From Raillietiella orientalis (Eukaryota), in assembly GCA_036172245.1 (NCBI GenBank), contig JAYWIR010000038.1, positions 434,001 to 498,000 of the forward strand: a stretch of DNA of 64,000 nt, given 5' to 3'. Of the stretch, positions 41,301 through 54,300 are shown in pieces. The notes beneath the pieces are model-generated. The model was not told where the DNA came from. It worked only from the letters and a program-made list of their open reading frames with translations, and searched no databases. A program made the position numbers and the translations under genes. Every line of letters begins with the position of its first letter. Position 1 is the stretch's first letter.

Positions 41301-43916
41301 AATCCCCACGGCGGTCAGCGCTCGGAAAGCCCGACGGAAGACAGCAAAAACTGAACGAGCAAGAAGAACCGGTCGGAGGTCTCGCGAGGAGTCAATAGGA
41401 GCAGGGAGATTTCCGATGCTCAATCGAAAGACCAGACGACAGCACCCGAATCCCGGAGTAGGTAGCGAGGGCCTCGCAGAAGCTCCTGGGTCACTGGGTC
41501 GCTTGCGAAGGATAGATGAGCGGAAGGTGGATCGCCGAGCTGGCGTCCAAACGCTCGGAACACCTCGGGAACTCTTTCACGGGTTGCTTTTATGCTACCT
41601 TAGCACAGTCAAAATACCGCAGCTGTTTATTAACACCGAGTAGACCCTGTTCTTCTTCCTCCTCTAAGGTATCAATCCGTTAGCAAGGAGACCAGACCAA
41701 GAGCCACAGAAAGAAAACTTCGGATTCCGACCGCTAGAAGACGTGGGGCGATCCACGAATGCAGCGGAAAACCACAGGGAAGACACCCCAAGAGACACGC
41801 GCTCGCGCGCGTTGTTCAGGGACTCTTCGTCATCGAGAGCAACCACTCCAGCCTTCCGCGCAGCAGATCATCGGGTCATTGGGGGAGACTGCTCGCTCCT
41901 CTTTGCCTGAATGCTGCTTTTTGCACTGTTCTTACTTGAGAAAATGCCCAATCCCCTCCCCCCCCACACACACAAAGGGAATTTTTCAAGAACGGAAATC
42001 CCGACAAATGTAACGTCGCCACCTATTCTTGGCATCCCCCACGTTCGACCTCCGCACAGATCTTCAGTGCAGACCCCCATTTCGTGGACGCAGTGCTCAT
42101 CAGACGATTGCTGTTGAGCAGCACCAGTGCCTGGCCATCAATCTCCTGGTGCTTCTGAGCGCTCACTGCGTCCAGGGCTTGGCTCGCATCAGCTTCGGCG
42201 GCTGTCCGCTTGGCCGGTGTCCGCAGACGCAAGATGGCTCGCTCGAGATGCGATCCGACTCGGGTCGGAAGCAAGGCCACCGCGTCCTGCGCACGGCTCC
42301 TGTTCGTTTCGAGATAACCGAATGCTGCGGTCTCCTTAACTGGAAGTGACCTCGTACAACCGACTCGTGCAAAGAAACGTGCGTAACGCTCGAGTGGCCT
42401 CATCAAGCCGCTCATCGAAAGCGTCGGAAAGCGACGATGAAAGATTTGCTTGGATCCATTTGCATACGTTCGTTTTGCTGTAGCTCCAGATGACCGTGCA
42501 CGCTTTCTTCACGGAAGAACATGCCAAAAAAAGCTAGCATCGTTTCTTTCCAATCATGCCGGCTAACGGGGAGGGGGGAAAGGACTTTGTTCTGTTGGTC
42601 CTGGAGTCCTTTTCCACTTGCACTTGCATCGCTGAAGTCCCGCGGAGCACGGACATTTGCGAAGCAGAAAGATTTCTCGGAGAACCGTGCGAGGCGTTCT
42701 GCAAGGGTGGCGGACCGAGCACGTGCTTTTAATTTGCAGCAGCAAAAAGCAGTGACGTCACTTCCGAGAACACGAGCCTGTCGCACCAACGGAACCAAGA
42801 AAAAAGCGTCGGTATTTCCTTCGAGCATTTCCTTGGTTTCGATTTCCCAATGATGGTTGGCGGAAAAGCAAAAAAACCGCGGCACGAGCGGAGTCCAAGG
42901 AATTTCGAAAGTTCCGAAAAAATCATCTTGATGAGAAAAAATCAGTACAGGCGTTTAAAGTGATCGCCTGACGCTCTTGATTCTGTGCCGCAGGCAGTGT
43001 CTTTCGAAGCCCTTGAGATCTTTGGGATACAGGTCGTTCGCGAGAGGAAATAACGAGAGCAGTCCAGCTTATTTCTAGCAACTCACTTCCGTACCCTCCT
43101 AAAGGTGCGCCATATCCACCATACCCGCCGTATGCGCCATGTCCTCCTCCTAACAGCCCTCCAGAATGTTTTCCAAGCTTCGCTCCTAAAACAGATCCTA
43201 TTACGGTCCCTGCTAGTCCCTGAGGTTTCGACGGCATAAATCCAGGGCTGTTGTAAAACGCCGGATGTGGACTTCCAGGTGCAGAACCCAAAGAGTAAGG
43301 ATTCTGGAAAGTGCTCTGTCCCCAGCCCGTGGCTCCCGGACCTGGAACGACAAGATCCGAGATTCCCTTCAGCCCTTGGTGAGCAATTACCTCCTCCTGA
43401 AGACGGGTTGAAGTATGGATTGTAGCGAGGATTTGATGGATACGCACTGGGGAACCTTTGCATGGGTGTGTGTGGTAGTGGATGATTTGGTTGCAAGGGA
43501 TAAGGTGGATTGCCGCTGCGGGGAACATTGGGGACATTGGGAGCTACAGGAGCACTGGGTTGTAAAGGTGGACGGTTGGGCTTGTTCTGGGAAGCAAAAC
43601 CGGATGTGGGAGTTGCTACTGGTTTATTAACCTTGGGTGCACTGGGAAGGTGCCCGTGGGATGACGGGATGTTGGGTGATGGTTGAGAGTAATAGGGATT
43701 GTACGCTGGCTGGCGAGCGTACGGATCGTGACCGGTCCTCTGCCTCGAGGGTGAGGAAGGACGATTGGACGAAGGCTTTCTTTGCTTGAAAATCGAAAAA
43801 CCTCCTCTAGACGAACTGGATTTCCATCCGCCACCACCGAACTTCCTGCCACAGTAGCTTTCGTGAACCAGGAAACAGGAAAAAGACACTGCGAGAGCGA
43901 AACGTGTGAGCAGCAT
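38363..43916 (-). CDS. Uncharacterised secreted Pro/Gly-rich glycoprotein with Cys-rich C-terminus, 4 exons, 461 aa
   Basis: ATG at 43916; exons 43916-43391, 43341-43087, 39204-38955, 38717-38363 (TAG). Donors GTAATT, GTGAGT, GTAAGC; acceptors TTCCAG, TTCCAG, CCTCAG; phases 1,1,2 give 1386 nt open. Signal-peptide-like start MLLTRFALAVSFSCFLVHESYC, Pro/Asn/Tyr-rich and Gly-rich segments, 8 N-x-T sequons, 6 Cys in the last 32 aa. Extra exons in the 3.9-kb intron are not excluded. Confidence 0.75.
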
Positions 43917-45749
43917 GGCTTCCGAAACCAAAGAAATTAAGCTGAGGAACACGAACCTACGCGCGCCTCTGCGAGCGACAGGCGAAGCTGCTCGCCCTTC
44001 AACGAAGCTCGAAAATTCTGCTTCTTCTCAAAATGTGACAGTTGCGGAGTTACCTTTTTTTTTTTTTCTTCCCTTCTTCTTCGCATTTCCTGCAATCTGC
44101 AAATATCCTTTTCATCTTTTCCAGCTTTCGTTTCACGTGGTGGGAAGTACTAGCTTTTACTTCGCACCACAACCCAGTCCGTGGTTTTCAATATGCGCAG
44201 TGATGCAGAAAAGATGGGCTGCTACGAGCTTTCCTACCGGAAGGAGGGGTGTTTTTCACTGTCGAGTTTCATTGGCTTTTCAAGAACTTGCACGTGATCC
44301 CGTGCTTCTTTGAAGACAATGCATGGGGGAAGCACAGCGCGACAATGCGTGGGGGGCAGCAGTGCAACAATTGTTAGGTTGGTTCGCTGTCACCGCATTG
44401 TTGACTTGGCGAACGCATACAGAGACTGAGCAAGGAAACGACCCAATTTGGCGATCGTTACCTGTGCAACCTAGTATTCAGCCGATTGGATCGCCTGTGC
44501 ACGCCTCTAGTGGCGGACAAAACAAGCGCGTTCATCAAAAGTGCTCGGTTTTCCGAGGAGCGGCCGCTCTCTCGTAAGACCTTTCTCCAGAATTAAACTG
44601 CGTACACGCCTGCCAGTCTTCTTTTTTTTTTCTTTTTCTTTTTCTGTACTGTTAGGTCAACTGTTTACCTTGTTTGAGCCTTTTTCTTTTTTTCCCTTTT
44701 TTTTTCCCTTGTTTCCCCTACAAACTGCAAGAAAGGCATCCTAATAAAGGTGTTTCGAAAAAGTGTATTCAGATTGCATTCTTCAAGAGTGTGGACAATT
44801 AAGAAATTAGCAACCATCACAATAATGGAAGGAGCAATTAAAAATTTGCCATTGGAATTCATTTTTCTCCTCGGTTTAGTTGATGGATTCCCTTCCCCCT
44901 TCCTCCCTTGGGTACATTTAACAAGCACATAATGATCCTAGGGCATGAAAGCTTTTTTCCATCCTCCCGCTTACCTTATGGAGGTGTCAAAAAGCAGGTC
45001 TAAGGTTAAATAGGATCCCTTCCGAAAATCAGAGAAAGGCACGCTGCTTGTCAGGAAGACAGAAAGAATTGTTTGATGCCGAAACTTCTCTAGACTTTCG
45101 ACAGCATTGCAGACTGCACTTTAATGCTTGCCTTTGATCATTCACTAGTGTCAGCAGTTCTTGCTATACAAGAGTGAATGTGCAGAAGAAACACCTAGGA
45201 AAACGAACGTCACTTATGTATTTAATATCCTTGCATCAGCCTTTTTGTGACAGCACTGTGGGCATTCGGGAACCAGCCGGAAGAACTGATTCCATCATCT
45301 CAAGATGAATTCATCCCGATGGATATGTGGAAGAATTGAATACTGGGCAATGTGGAATTCAAGGTCTTATAATGGAGTCGGATCAGCGGATGCAGCTGGC
45401 AATAAATGAAAAGACGGTCCTATGCATAAGAGGAGGTAATCAAAGTGTGTTACGACGCAACAAGTGCCTCCTCGGAAGGCTGCGTCGACGGATGAGTTCA
45501 CCATCTGCCACTCCCATTCTTGGTTTTCGCACCGGGAATCCGGTGAGTCCGCCGCCGCCGCACGCAGTAACGATCCCTCGCCATCCACTGCTTGAGCGGA
45601 GTCAAACGTATCACCGAGCTTGCGGCGTCATGTCCAGGAATCCGGCGAGCTCTCGTGCCGCAGTCGGTTGTCCTCCTGATCGGGGTTGGCCCTGTTGGCC
45701 CCCAAGTCGGCTGCCATCCATTAACGGATACTGCTAGTTAAATGTAGTT

Positions 45750-47200
45750 CATTTAACGTGGAGCTCCCGATTTGTCTTTCTAACTGCAGGTGTCACGCTA
45801 TCCATTTGGTGGTGATGTACTCCAGCAATGGAAATGTGCTTCTGCTGATTTTTGGCAACTGTAAGTGTACCCGGTGAACACAGAACTGTACACAATATTT
45901 CGTTAGTAAAGCCAATAGGGCCGCCATATAAACGAACCAACGGCTGAAGCAAAAAGAAGTGAGCTGGACATGCTGATGGTGATGCTAGTTATGCTCTGAT
46001 GCAATTTGTCCACAGTCCATAATACATGAAACGACAAGTTAACGGTATCGAAGCAATGGTCAGGACGACTAATTTATGGCTAGAGGTTTTGAATATGACT
46101 ATGTAAAGCTGATCACAAGCAGTTTCATCAAATTAATCGAACATCTCCATGGGATGGTCTTGACAAAAGAAACCTCGATTTCATCTTGTGCACTCTGCAA
46201 AAAAACAACGGAACGCTGAGAAGAAAATGCAGACGAATATCACAAACCAATTAGCAAATTCAATGATACTATCCGAGAAACCTATCGATGAAATGAACGA
46301 GAAGCAATTCCAGCATCGTCAAAACATTTCCTTTGGTTTATTTTCAGTATTTCGGGACGTACTTCATTGAAAGGGGGGGGGGGGGAGGAACGCTTAAGGA
46401 GAGAATGCCTCATCCTATATCTGAATTACAAGACTCTTATCAGCTACATAATAAAGAATGCTGCAGACATTCTTACTGTGAAGAAATATCGTCAAGCTGC
46501 TGCTGTAGCATAAAGATGGGTATCACATGAAATTATCTTTTGCGTATTCGAATTGGCATTTTTGATTGCTTAAAGTTTATCGCTTTTGCGATCATTACAT
46601 AGATGGCACCAGCACAAAAACCTTGATAGATATCGTTCCGGAACACTCACTAGAACACTTTCGAAGGCATTTTCAGATACTGTTTTTTTTGGGTGGGACC
46701 TTAACACCAGGCTGAGCTCCTGATATGATGGGCTACGGCTATGTATTTCTAGGCATAAGTCACTGTGAGCAAGATGCATGGAGAGCAAATCATCTTCGTC
46801 CGTTGTTTTGGAGTTTGACTCAGAGGAGACGAAAAGGAAATCACCAGCTGTAAATAGAGAGTGTAGACTTTAGAGCCCTCTGTAACCACTGTTCCGTTCC
46901 CGGGGATTTCATTGGCCACGAAACCTCGTGAACTGTGCAAAGGTGAGTGGTGGTAGATTCAACACGAATGGGACAGCTTGCTTGACAAAATGGGGATTCG
47001 CATCCTTGCTTATTGCACAGCCCCAACGATATGAAATGTGTTGCGTGCTCTGAGAAAGTTCTGGAGAATGACAGAAGTAAACGAGAACAGTGGAAACCAT
47101 ACTGGATCCTAGAGCTCCTCTAACATGGAATCGTAGAAAACTTCTACAAATAAGAGTTTCCTTCTCAGAAACGAGTCGACATTCTATCCGGCTGGATGGC
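45750..47200 (-). mobile_element. Decayed LINE RT remnant
   Basis: QWLQRALKSTLSIYS (NWRPI...STLYK-like), ENAFESV (NAFGSV-like) and MPIRIRK in RT motif order; very degenerate. Confidence 0.3.
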
Positions 47201-49199
47201 GACTCCAAAGCTGTTTCAAGTATTCAAAATTCAATTAATGGCACCTTGCATTCAGCAATAAGCATACTTACCAGAATATTGTTTCCGAAGACACCAAAAA
47301 TTCAGATGCAACCCACCCGATTTGGGGGGAAAAAAGTGCTGGAATCTATAAGCCAGAAACCTTAATCCTTTGAGTGCTATGGATGCATACATGCGTTTGG
47401 CAAATGTTTTTTTACCTTATACTCGAGACCTATGTTAACACTACCCATGCTTGAGATGGACGTTATCATTCCCTTGGCAACGACAGTAAACAAAATTCCA
47501 TTTATATCAGCTAACGATTCTCGTTTTTTCGGAGACGACTCTGAAAAACCGAGAATAATAGCAGAATATTATAGTTGTGTCGTATATAATTTATTATATT
47601 GTACCCCACCCAAGTGATTGTTGATTTTATTGAATTATAATCATAATTTTTAAATGCATACGTTTGGGAAAAAGGGAACTGTTTTATTTAATGTGGTGTA
47701 AATAAACAATTACAATGGCAACTTTAATCAGCACTCCACCAAAGTCAGTCGGTGCTTCGATGGAGCACCCGGTGGAAGAAGCGTCCCGTCCACAGAGGTG
47801 GCCACTGCGACTCGCGTGCCCTCAACACAGAACGTTTCGATCTGACGAGGTCCGCGCCCAGGGGGTTAATAATATCAGTGGACAGCACTCAGATGATAAA
47901 TTGCTCCAGAAATATATCTATTTCTAATTTCCGTGAGAGCTCTGACGCTTTAATAGATCATCCCAGGAGGAAACCTATGATGATCAAGCAATGTATCGGA
48001 AGCACTAAATCGCGAAGGACAGAGACCTTAAGGAGAGCAATGATAGAGGCTAATTAGAAAAACACTTTCAAGGAAAGTCAAACCTGTATCCGGGTTGTAG
48101 AATCGAACACTGACTATCAGCTAAGCAATGCGCCCCTGTCCAGACACACAAAGTACCCTGTCCAGCACCCTCTCTCGGTTTCCTTAATCAGCTATCCACT
48201 TTTCGCAGCTACCAGAAACCATCCCTATCTTGTCTGGCCTTAATTAGCGCGAAGGAAGCAGTTAAAGCGGGTATGCTGCACAGACCCGGAACCGTGCTAT
48301 GCATCTGGGGAAGAATAAACCGAAGATCGGTTAATCAAGCAATCTTTACAAGGAATATGGCGGCAAATACTTTCACATGGTCATGATACATGTTTCACAG
48401 ACTGCTCGTAACTGTATGAAAAGTAGAAATAGAATATTCACGCACAAAATTCACCCTTAACTCCAGTGGCTTTCTAAAAACATTTGCAGACCCTTCTGGC
48501 AGCAAGTCATCTCCTATTTCACACGGTTGTTTGCATAGCACTGTCAATTACTTCCAACGGCTCACTTTAAGCATTCATCCATGCCTTCAATATCTTCCTT
48601 ACTTGGGTCTTGGTTTGCTGAGTTTTAACAAGCAACTTTTATTTCAAGAACTCAATTTTAGTCAATTGGGGCACGTGTCCTCCCAAAAGGGATCAAATGG
48701 ATCTTTCCTACTACCTCTTTTGATTTTTTCGGGAGTTCCTGTTGACTTTTATGATCGCCAAGAAATCAAGTTGATGGCACCTTATCACGTAACGTCTTTC
48801 GAAATCAAACTATTCTCTCCCACTGATGTCAAGAATTTCAAAACGCATCTCTCCACAGAACGTGGACCTCCTGATATCTCACTCAAGAAAGTGGAGACCT
48901 GGAAGCCTCACAGTCTTTCTATGGCTGTGGAATGTTTCACTGGCATAGGTTTCACCCTTTTTTGTGAAACACAAACAAAAGGATGCTGTCCCACCTACTA
49001 AAAATAATCAACTGTCCATCTTTTAGATTTCGAGTGATGAAATCGTGAAGAAATTTAGTTATCAGATATGTGACAACATCTGGTGTGCGCTGATTACTTA
49101 GTACAATCTGACTCTTCTCCAATTGGAGGAGATTCCAAGTTTTGATTGCAAGCTTGGATTTTTGGTTCGGTAGACATGCCACCTACAATTCTTGGTTCA

Positions 49200-50800
49200 T
49201 GAGAAAACTCAAGCTGTTTGACTACTCAAAATATCCATTTTGATTTTCGTTCTTAGCTTGTATGCCAGATTTCTTCAATTCAGAATACCCCTTTAACCTA
49301 CGATGCTTTGAAATATATTCCTGCAACTGACAAGGCAATGCAACAACCTGCAGCAAACATGCTTAATTCAATTACATGTACCTAGCAAGAAACAAACAGA
49401 AACGATATTTTATTTGTAACCCCTTAAGATATTGCAGTGGTGATGCTATTATGGCAGTTCAAGGAAACAGTGCATCATGCATGCAAGGCATACTTCACTA
49501 TGCATTTTCTTAGGTAACACATTCAGAATCATTTTTAGCTTCTTTGCTTTCAGAATAACATTGTAACCTTATATGTGTGAAAAGATACCACCATCATTTA
49601 ATCATTCCTTAGCTAATTTATTCCAATTGTTTTTCCAATCTACTGCACTCTTTAGTGTGCCATAATTAAATAAAATGCTGCTATGTTTCAAGGTTGATAA
49701 AGTTATTAATGCAGATTCCCTTCTTCTTGCTTGTTAGAGTTATGCTTCCTTATGGAATCCAATGGTTCCACTGCTTTGTGTCTCAGATCAACCTAAGACC
49801 ACAGTGAACACTTTGGTTATACTTTACTTTGGTTTATCCTATGATCTCTACTCACTCTCCAAACTCTAAATATTCTGATTCAACTTACCAATTTCTGATG
49901 CCATTCTGTTATCTTTATGATGCACTTTTTTCTTGAAAAACACAAATATTCTCAAGAATTTTCAAGCCCAAAGAATCCTATCATAAGCACATGGCGAGTG
50001 AGTTCACAAATTGTATGATCTTCGAGTCTCTGAGATTCCCTCCTTTCATGAGCTTCATTACTGGGTGAGAACGTTCACACTTTATATGCTTGCAAGAACA
50101 TAAATATTAAACATGTATTTGTTTTCAATTGATGAGAGACTCTTGTCATTATTTGCTTGCAATGGAAGATACTTGAGTAAAAATTCAACTATCTTCAGTT
50201 GTAGCTCTTTTTTTATATTTCCATACAACATTTTTATGAAACCAAACCTTGTAAACTAACTTCTAAAGATGACAAGGAAACAAGAGTCGGAAGTAAAGCA
50301 TTCGTGAGATGATATTCAGATTCTGAAATCACAGATGTTCACCTGTGTTGCCATTATGTCCTGGATAATCACATCAACTTTGTTGTGACAGTAAATTATA
50401 ATGTCCTTACATTTACTACCTAGAATGAGACTCCACCAACTAATAGGATAATCGCACCAAATGCACTTGAATGTCAGAAACCATACACAAAAGATATAAA
50501 TTCAGATTCATACACCTGGATAAATTCAGGCAAATAAAACCATAACTGCCATGCATGTTCAAATTACTCTCATATGTTGCTTATCTCACGAGAAGGTTAA
50601 AAAACGTCCAGAGCTGGAAAATGAATATCAATTTGGGATATGATGCACAAGTTGTTCAGTTTCACAAATTTCAAAGAGCTTCTACAGGCAAGTAAGTAGT
50701 GCAACTAAAATCGGGATTGCATTAAAGGCACTGTGATTCCATTAGAATCAAATCATATTTAAATTCAACAATTAAATTCAAAGAACTTTAAACATTCAAC
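49200..50800 (-). mobile_element. Decayed LINE RT remnant, AT-rich and CpG-poor
   Basis: About 50490-50450 reads, across frameshifts, VW-DI-SAFGAI (WLDLxNAFGSV-like). Extent uncertain. Confidence 0.3.
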
Positions 50801-52199
50801 ACAACATTTATTGTGGGTAAAATTCGTCTGATCTCATCCCGGGCGTATTCATGCGTTTTGTTTCACAGTCACTTTGTGCTTACACTATCTAATGGATTCC
50901 ATCTGCCAAATGTTCACAATTCTTCGTTGAACCTTTTTATTTGTACTTCGGCAGCAGTACATTTGTATCAAACAGTTGGGCTGGAAATCGGTATTCGAAA
51001 GTCCAAGTATAAAGGACCTACTTTCCCAATTCTATGGATTCAAAATTGGAAACACCTCAGGATAAACAGGACACCTTTCTAGGCAATCGCAGGGCTTTCT
51101 GTTGCATTGTAGTGTCCGTTTTTCTTGAGAACTTTCCTCATCTGAGCTCTGTGGTTGCCAAACATCACTAGCACTCTCACCATTACTGTTATTAAATATA
51201 AAATCAAGGCAACTTTCCATCAAACTGGGAGGTAAGAAATCGCAGTGCTCGTTTGCTTTTGGCGTCGATTTTCTTGCTTCATTCATTTATGAATAATACT
51301 TACTCGAAAAGTGGGAGAACTCGGAAAATAAAATCAACAGTTGAGAACTGGAATGCATTTTCTTCCTGAATTCCCTCTTGGAGACACAACTTGCTGCTTT
51401 GAGTCACTTTGAATGGAAAAGCTTCTGATATGCTGCCATCTATCCGCTCGTTCATCAAGCACAAAAGGATGCCAACAGTCGGCAGGTTTTTTCTCTCCCG
51501 ATGCTCTGATGCATTTTTATCCCGTAGGTGTTCCTCTGTTTCGCTGTCTCCCTTTCGTTGAGATACCCTCAGATATTCAGCGTGGAAACCGAATTCATTA
51601 ATGCATTCGCAAAATTCGACAGTAATTAAAAGTTTGAGGGAAGCTTCCTTCTCCGTAGAGAAGATCGAAAGTTTTTCCTCTTAAGCAGTTTACGTGGTCC
51701 TCACTGCGGTGCTAAAGTGTGGTCACTTTGCGTCGGTCGTTGTGCTGTGTTTGGGGATCGGGAGTGCTTGGAGTCCTTTTTCATCCTTTTCCTGCAAGTT
51801 TCAGCATCTCACTCTTGGACCTAAGAAGCAAATGAAGAGCGAAAACCTTGAAAACTTTGGAAAAGGAAAGAACGCAGTCTTCTCAGATCCTTAGGGGAAT
51901 TCTTTCTACTCTGTTGGTAGTGGCCATAGACTTTCCAGTGCCACTCTGCCTCCGGTCGAATGCTATTCACCATGGCTCTCCAGATCACAATGTGCCCGCC
52001 ATCACGAAGTTCCTTTTGGCCGGAGACTTTTTGCCCATCCATCGCCTATCCCTCCGTAGGCATTCTCTGCTTCCATTTTTGTATCTCGCCTGAAATCTGC
52101 TTCCAGCATCCGGGCTCTCGAATGGGAGTTTTTGCCCCCTTCTCAGTCGATCCTCCGGGGCGCGAAGAGGAGAAATCGCCAACGTGTTCCCTTCCTTAA

Positions 52200-54300
52200 G
52201 CCAGGAACGCGTTTTGGCGGCACGAGAGCAGGACAGTATCAAATCCCTGAAGCTGTTGGAATCTCAATGAGCCGCCAGCAGCCAAGCGGCAGAGGGACCA
52301 CTCCTGCACCGACCGCCAGGTTGCGCCTTCTCGAAATCCCCTCAGTTCCCCGCAAGTGCATTCTAAATAATCGCGGGCGTCGGGAACACCGGTTTGTTCT
52401 TTCATGCAGCCTCCTACGGGGAATGCTTGAATTTCGGTAAATCTTCGGCGCTCTACCGTGTTTCGCTCAAGCTCTCCGCTGTCTTGTGGCTGTGTCATCT
52501 GCTCGGGTGCCACCCTTGTGTTGGTTGGTTGCACCAGGTCTGCAGGCGCAAGCCAGCTTTTCTGTTGCCTGCGCCAGACTTCCTGCCACGCTTTCTTGTT
52601 GTCCTGAGGCCACCTCGGCTGCGCTGCCGTCGTCGCTGCCGCAACTGATGCATTGTTCTCCGTTTCTTGTCCCGGATGGAGAGGCTGGGCGGCAGGGGCT
52701 TGGAGGAGATGGCACCCTGGCTTCCATGGCGATCGCACTGCGGAAGCTTAGTCAAGCTCGACGAGTTTCGAGTTCTTCACCTGAAATTCTGCTTTGGGAG
52801 GAGCAGCTGGTTTTAAATCTTTGTGGGTGGACCTGCCATCGTGTGAGGTTCCTTCCCCTGCTGCAGGGACACTGCACCCGAAACTCAGATCCCTCTCCGC
52901 AGACTGCCCGTTGAATCTTTCTGCCTCACTCACTGACCACGAAGCTTTCGAACGGAACCTGAGATATTCCGCCGTCCTTTTTCCGGCACCATGAGAAAGG
53001 AATCTCTTTCCTCTCCTTCCTGAAGAGGAAAAGCAGGAAGAGAAAATCCCTTGGAAGGGAAAGAAAAAAGGGAAAACTCATCTCCCTCGAAGCTCACTTG
53101 CTCTGCGCATCTCCGCCCTCATCTTCTGTCGAACGCTGGAGAACAAAACCCCACATGGTTTGCAAGCACCGCGTTCGATTAACTGGCCGCCGCGCACGAT
53201 GCGTGAGAAGTGGTTTCCATGCCGACCTTGCCGCAGCTTCCTCGTGAAGTTTACAGGGGGAAGCATGCAGAATGCTTGGCTCTCCTCGGAGGAGGCATCT
53301 TCGAGCAGATGTCTTCCGGCGCAGTGAAAACCTCATTCATCCCTGTCCACTAGCAGAGACCGTCTTCACGGATAGGGATGACCGCTGGGATCGGGGATTC
53401 CAGATCAGCTTCGAGGTCATCCGTCACCTTCAGCGGAGGGGGTGGAGACCTCTTTGCAGAAGCCCAGACCGGGTACCTCGCCGGCAGGTGTCTTCACCTC
53501 CAGTCCCTCCCATTCTTTCCGGTCTCCTTGAGGCCACCCCGTGCCCTCAGAGAGGACGGTCGCCCATCCGACTGTTGAAAGCTCCTTTGGTTTTCTGCTC
53601 CCGGACGGAGATCTTTCGCGGTTCTGCCTGGATCCCGATCCCCGGACCACAGGAGCCGGAGGGACAGCGGCCGCCCCGAGTTTGCAGTCATCCAGGGAGG
53701 CAAAGCTCGACCACGCGGGCGTTCCACCTAGCAGAACGTTTCCTCGGCCGCCTCCTAAGGGAACCGTCTTTGTGCACGCCCGGGCAGACCGGTGTCCCGG
53801 GAAACACCAGGAACTCGCCCTCGGTTCCAATCTCCAGAGAATCCCCGGGTCGCTCAAGATGGAAGAACTTGCAGAAAGATGTTCCAGGGCGTGGGAAGAA
53901 GCTGATCCTCCCCTCTGTAGGAGGAGTCGCCGTCCTCCCGGAGCCCCGCCTCTCTTGTATCGCTGTCACGTGCTCCAGGAACGCCCGATGGCAGGCTGAG
54001 CTGCACACGCTCCGCATCCCGCATACCTCTTTGCCCCGCAAGCTCGTCTTCCTGCTTGCCAAAATGCGAAGGGTGAGGAAAGGAAGGGATGGGCAGGGAG
54101 GAAGGACATCTTTAACCTTCCCTCTCCGGATTTCCTCAAGTTTCGCTCTTCGGAGGTCTTCCCGACGAGTGGGGGCTCCCTTGGAACTGGAGACACCTCC
54201 TACTCTTCCCACGCACCTCTCCCCCCGGAGCCAAATAGTCCTCAAGAAACGCCGAGGCGGAAGAGAAAAAGGAAAGGCGGCGACGGTTCGTTCTCGAGCA
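52200..54300 (-). mobile_element. Decayed Tx1/L1-like ORF2 3' part
   Basis: RKTSLRGKEV (LSLRGK-like), VPLGGGRG (PxxxGGLG-like), QGAISSK and CISCG...AWQEVW (zf-RVT-like) in the expected order. Confidence 0.4.

Noticed and set aside
48085..48140. Second tRNA/SINE head (GTTCGATTC on the minus strand)
   Set aside because: Isolated B-box-like word without a T-stem or a clear A box.
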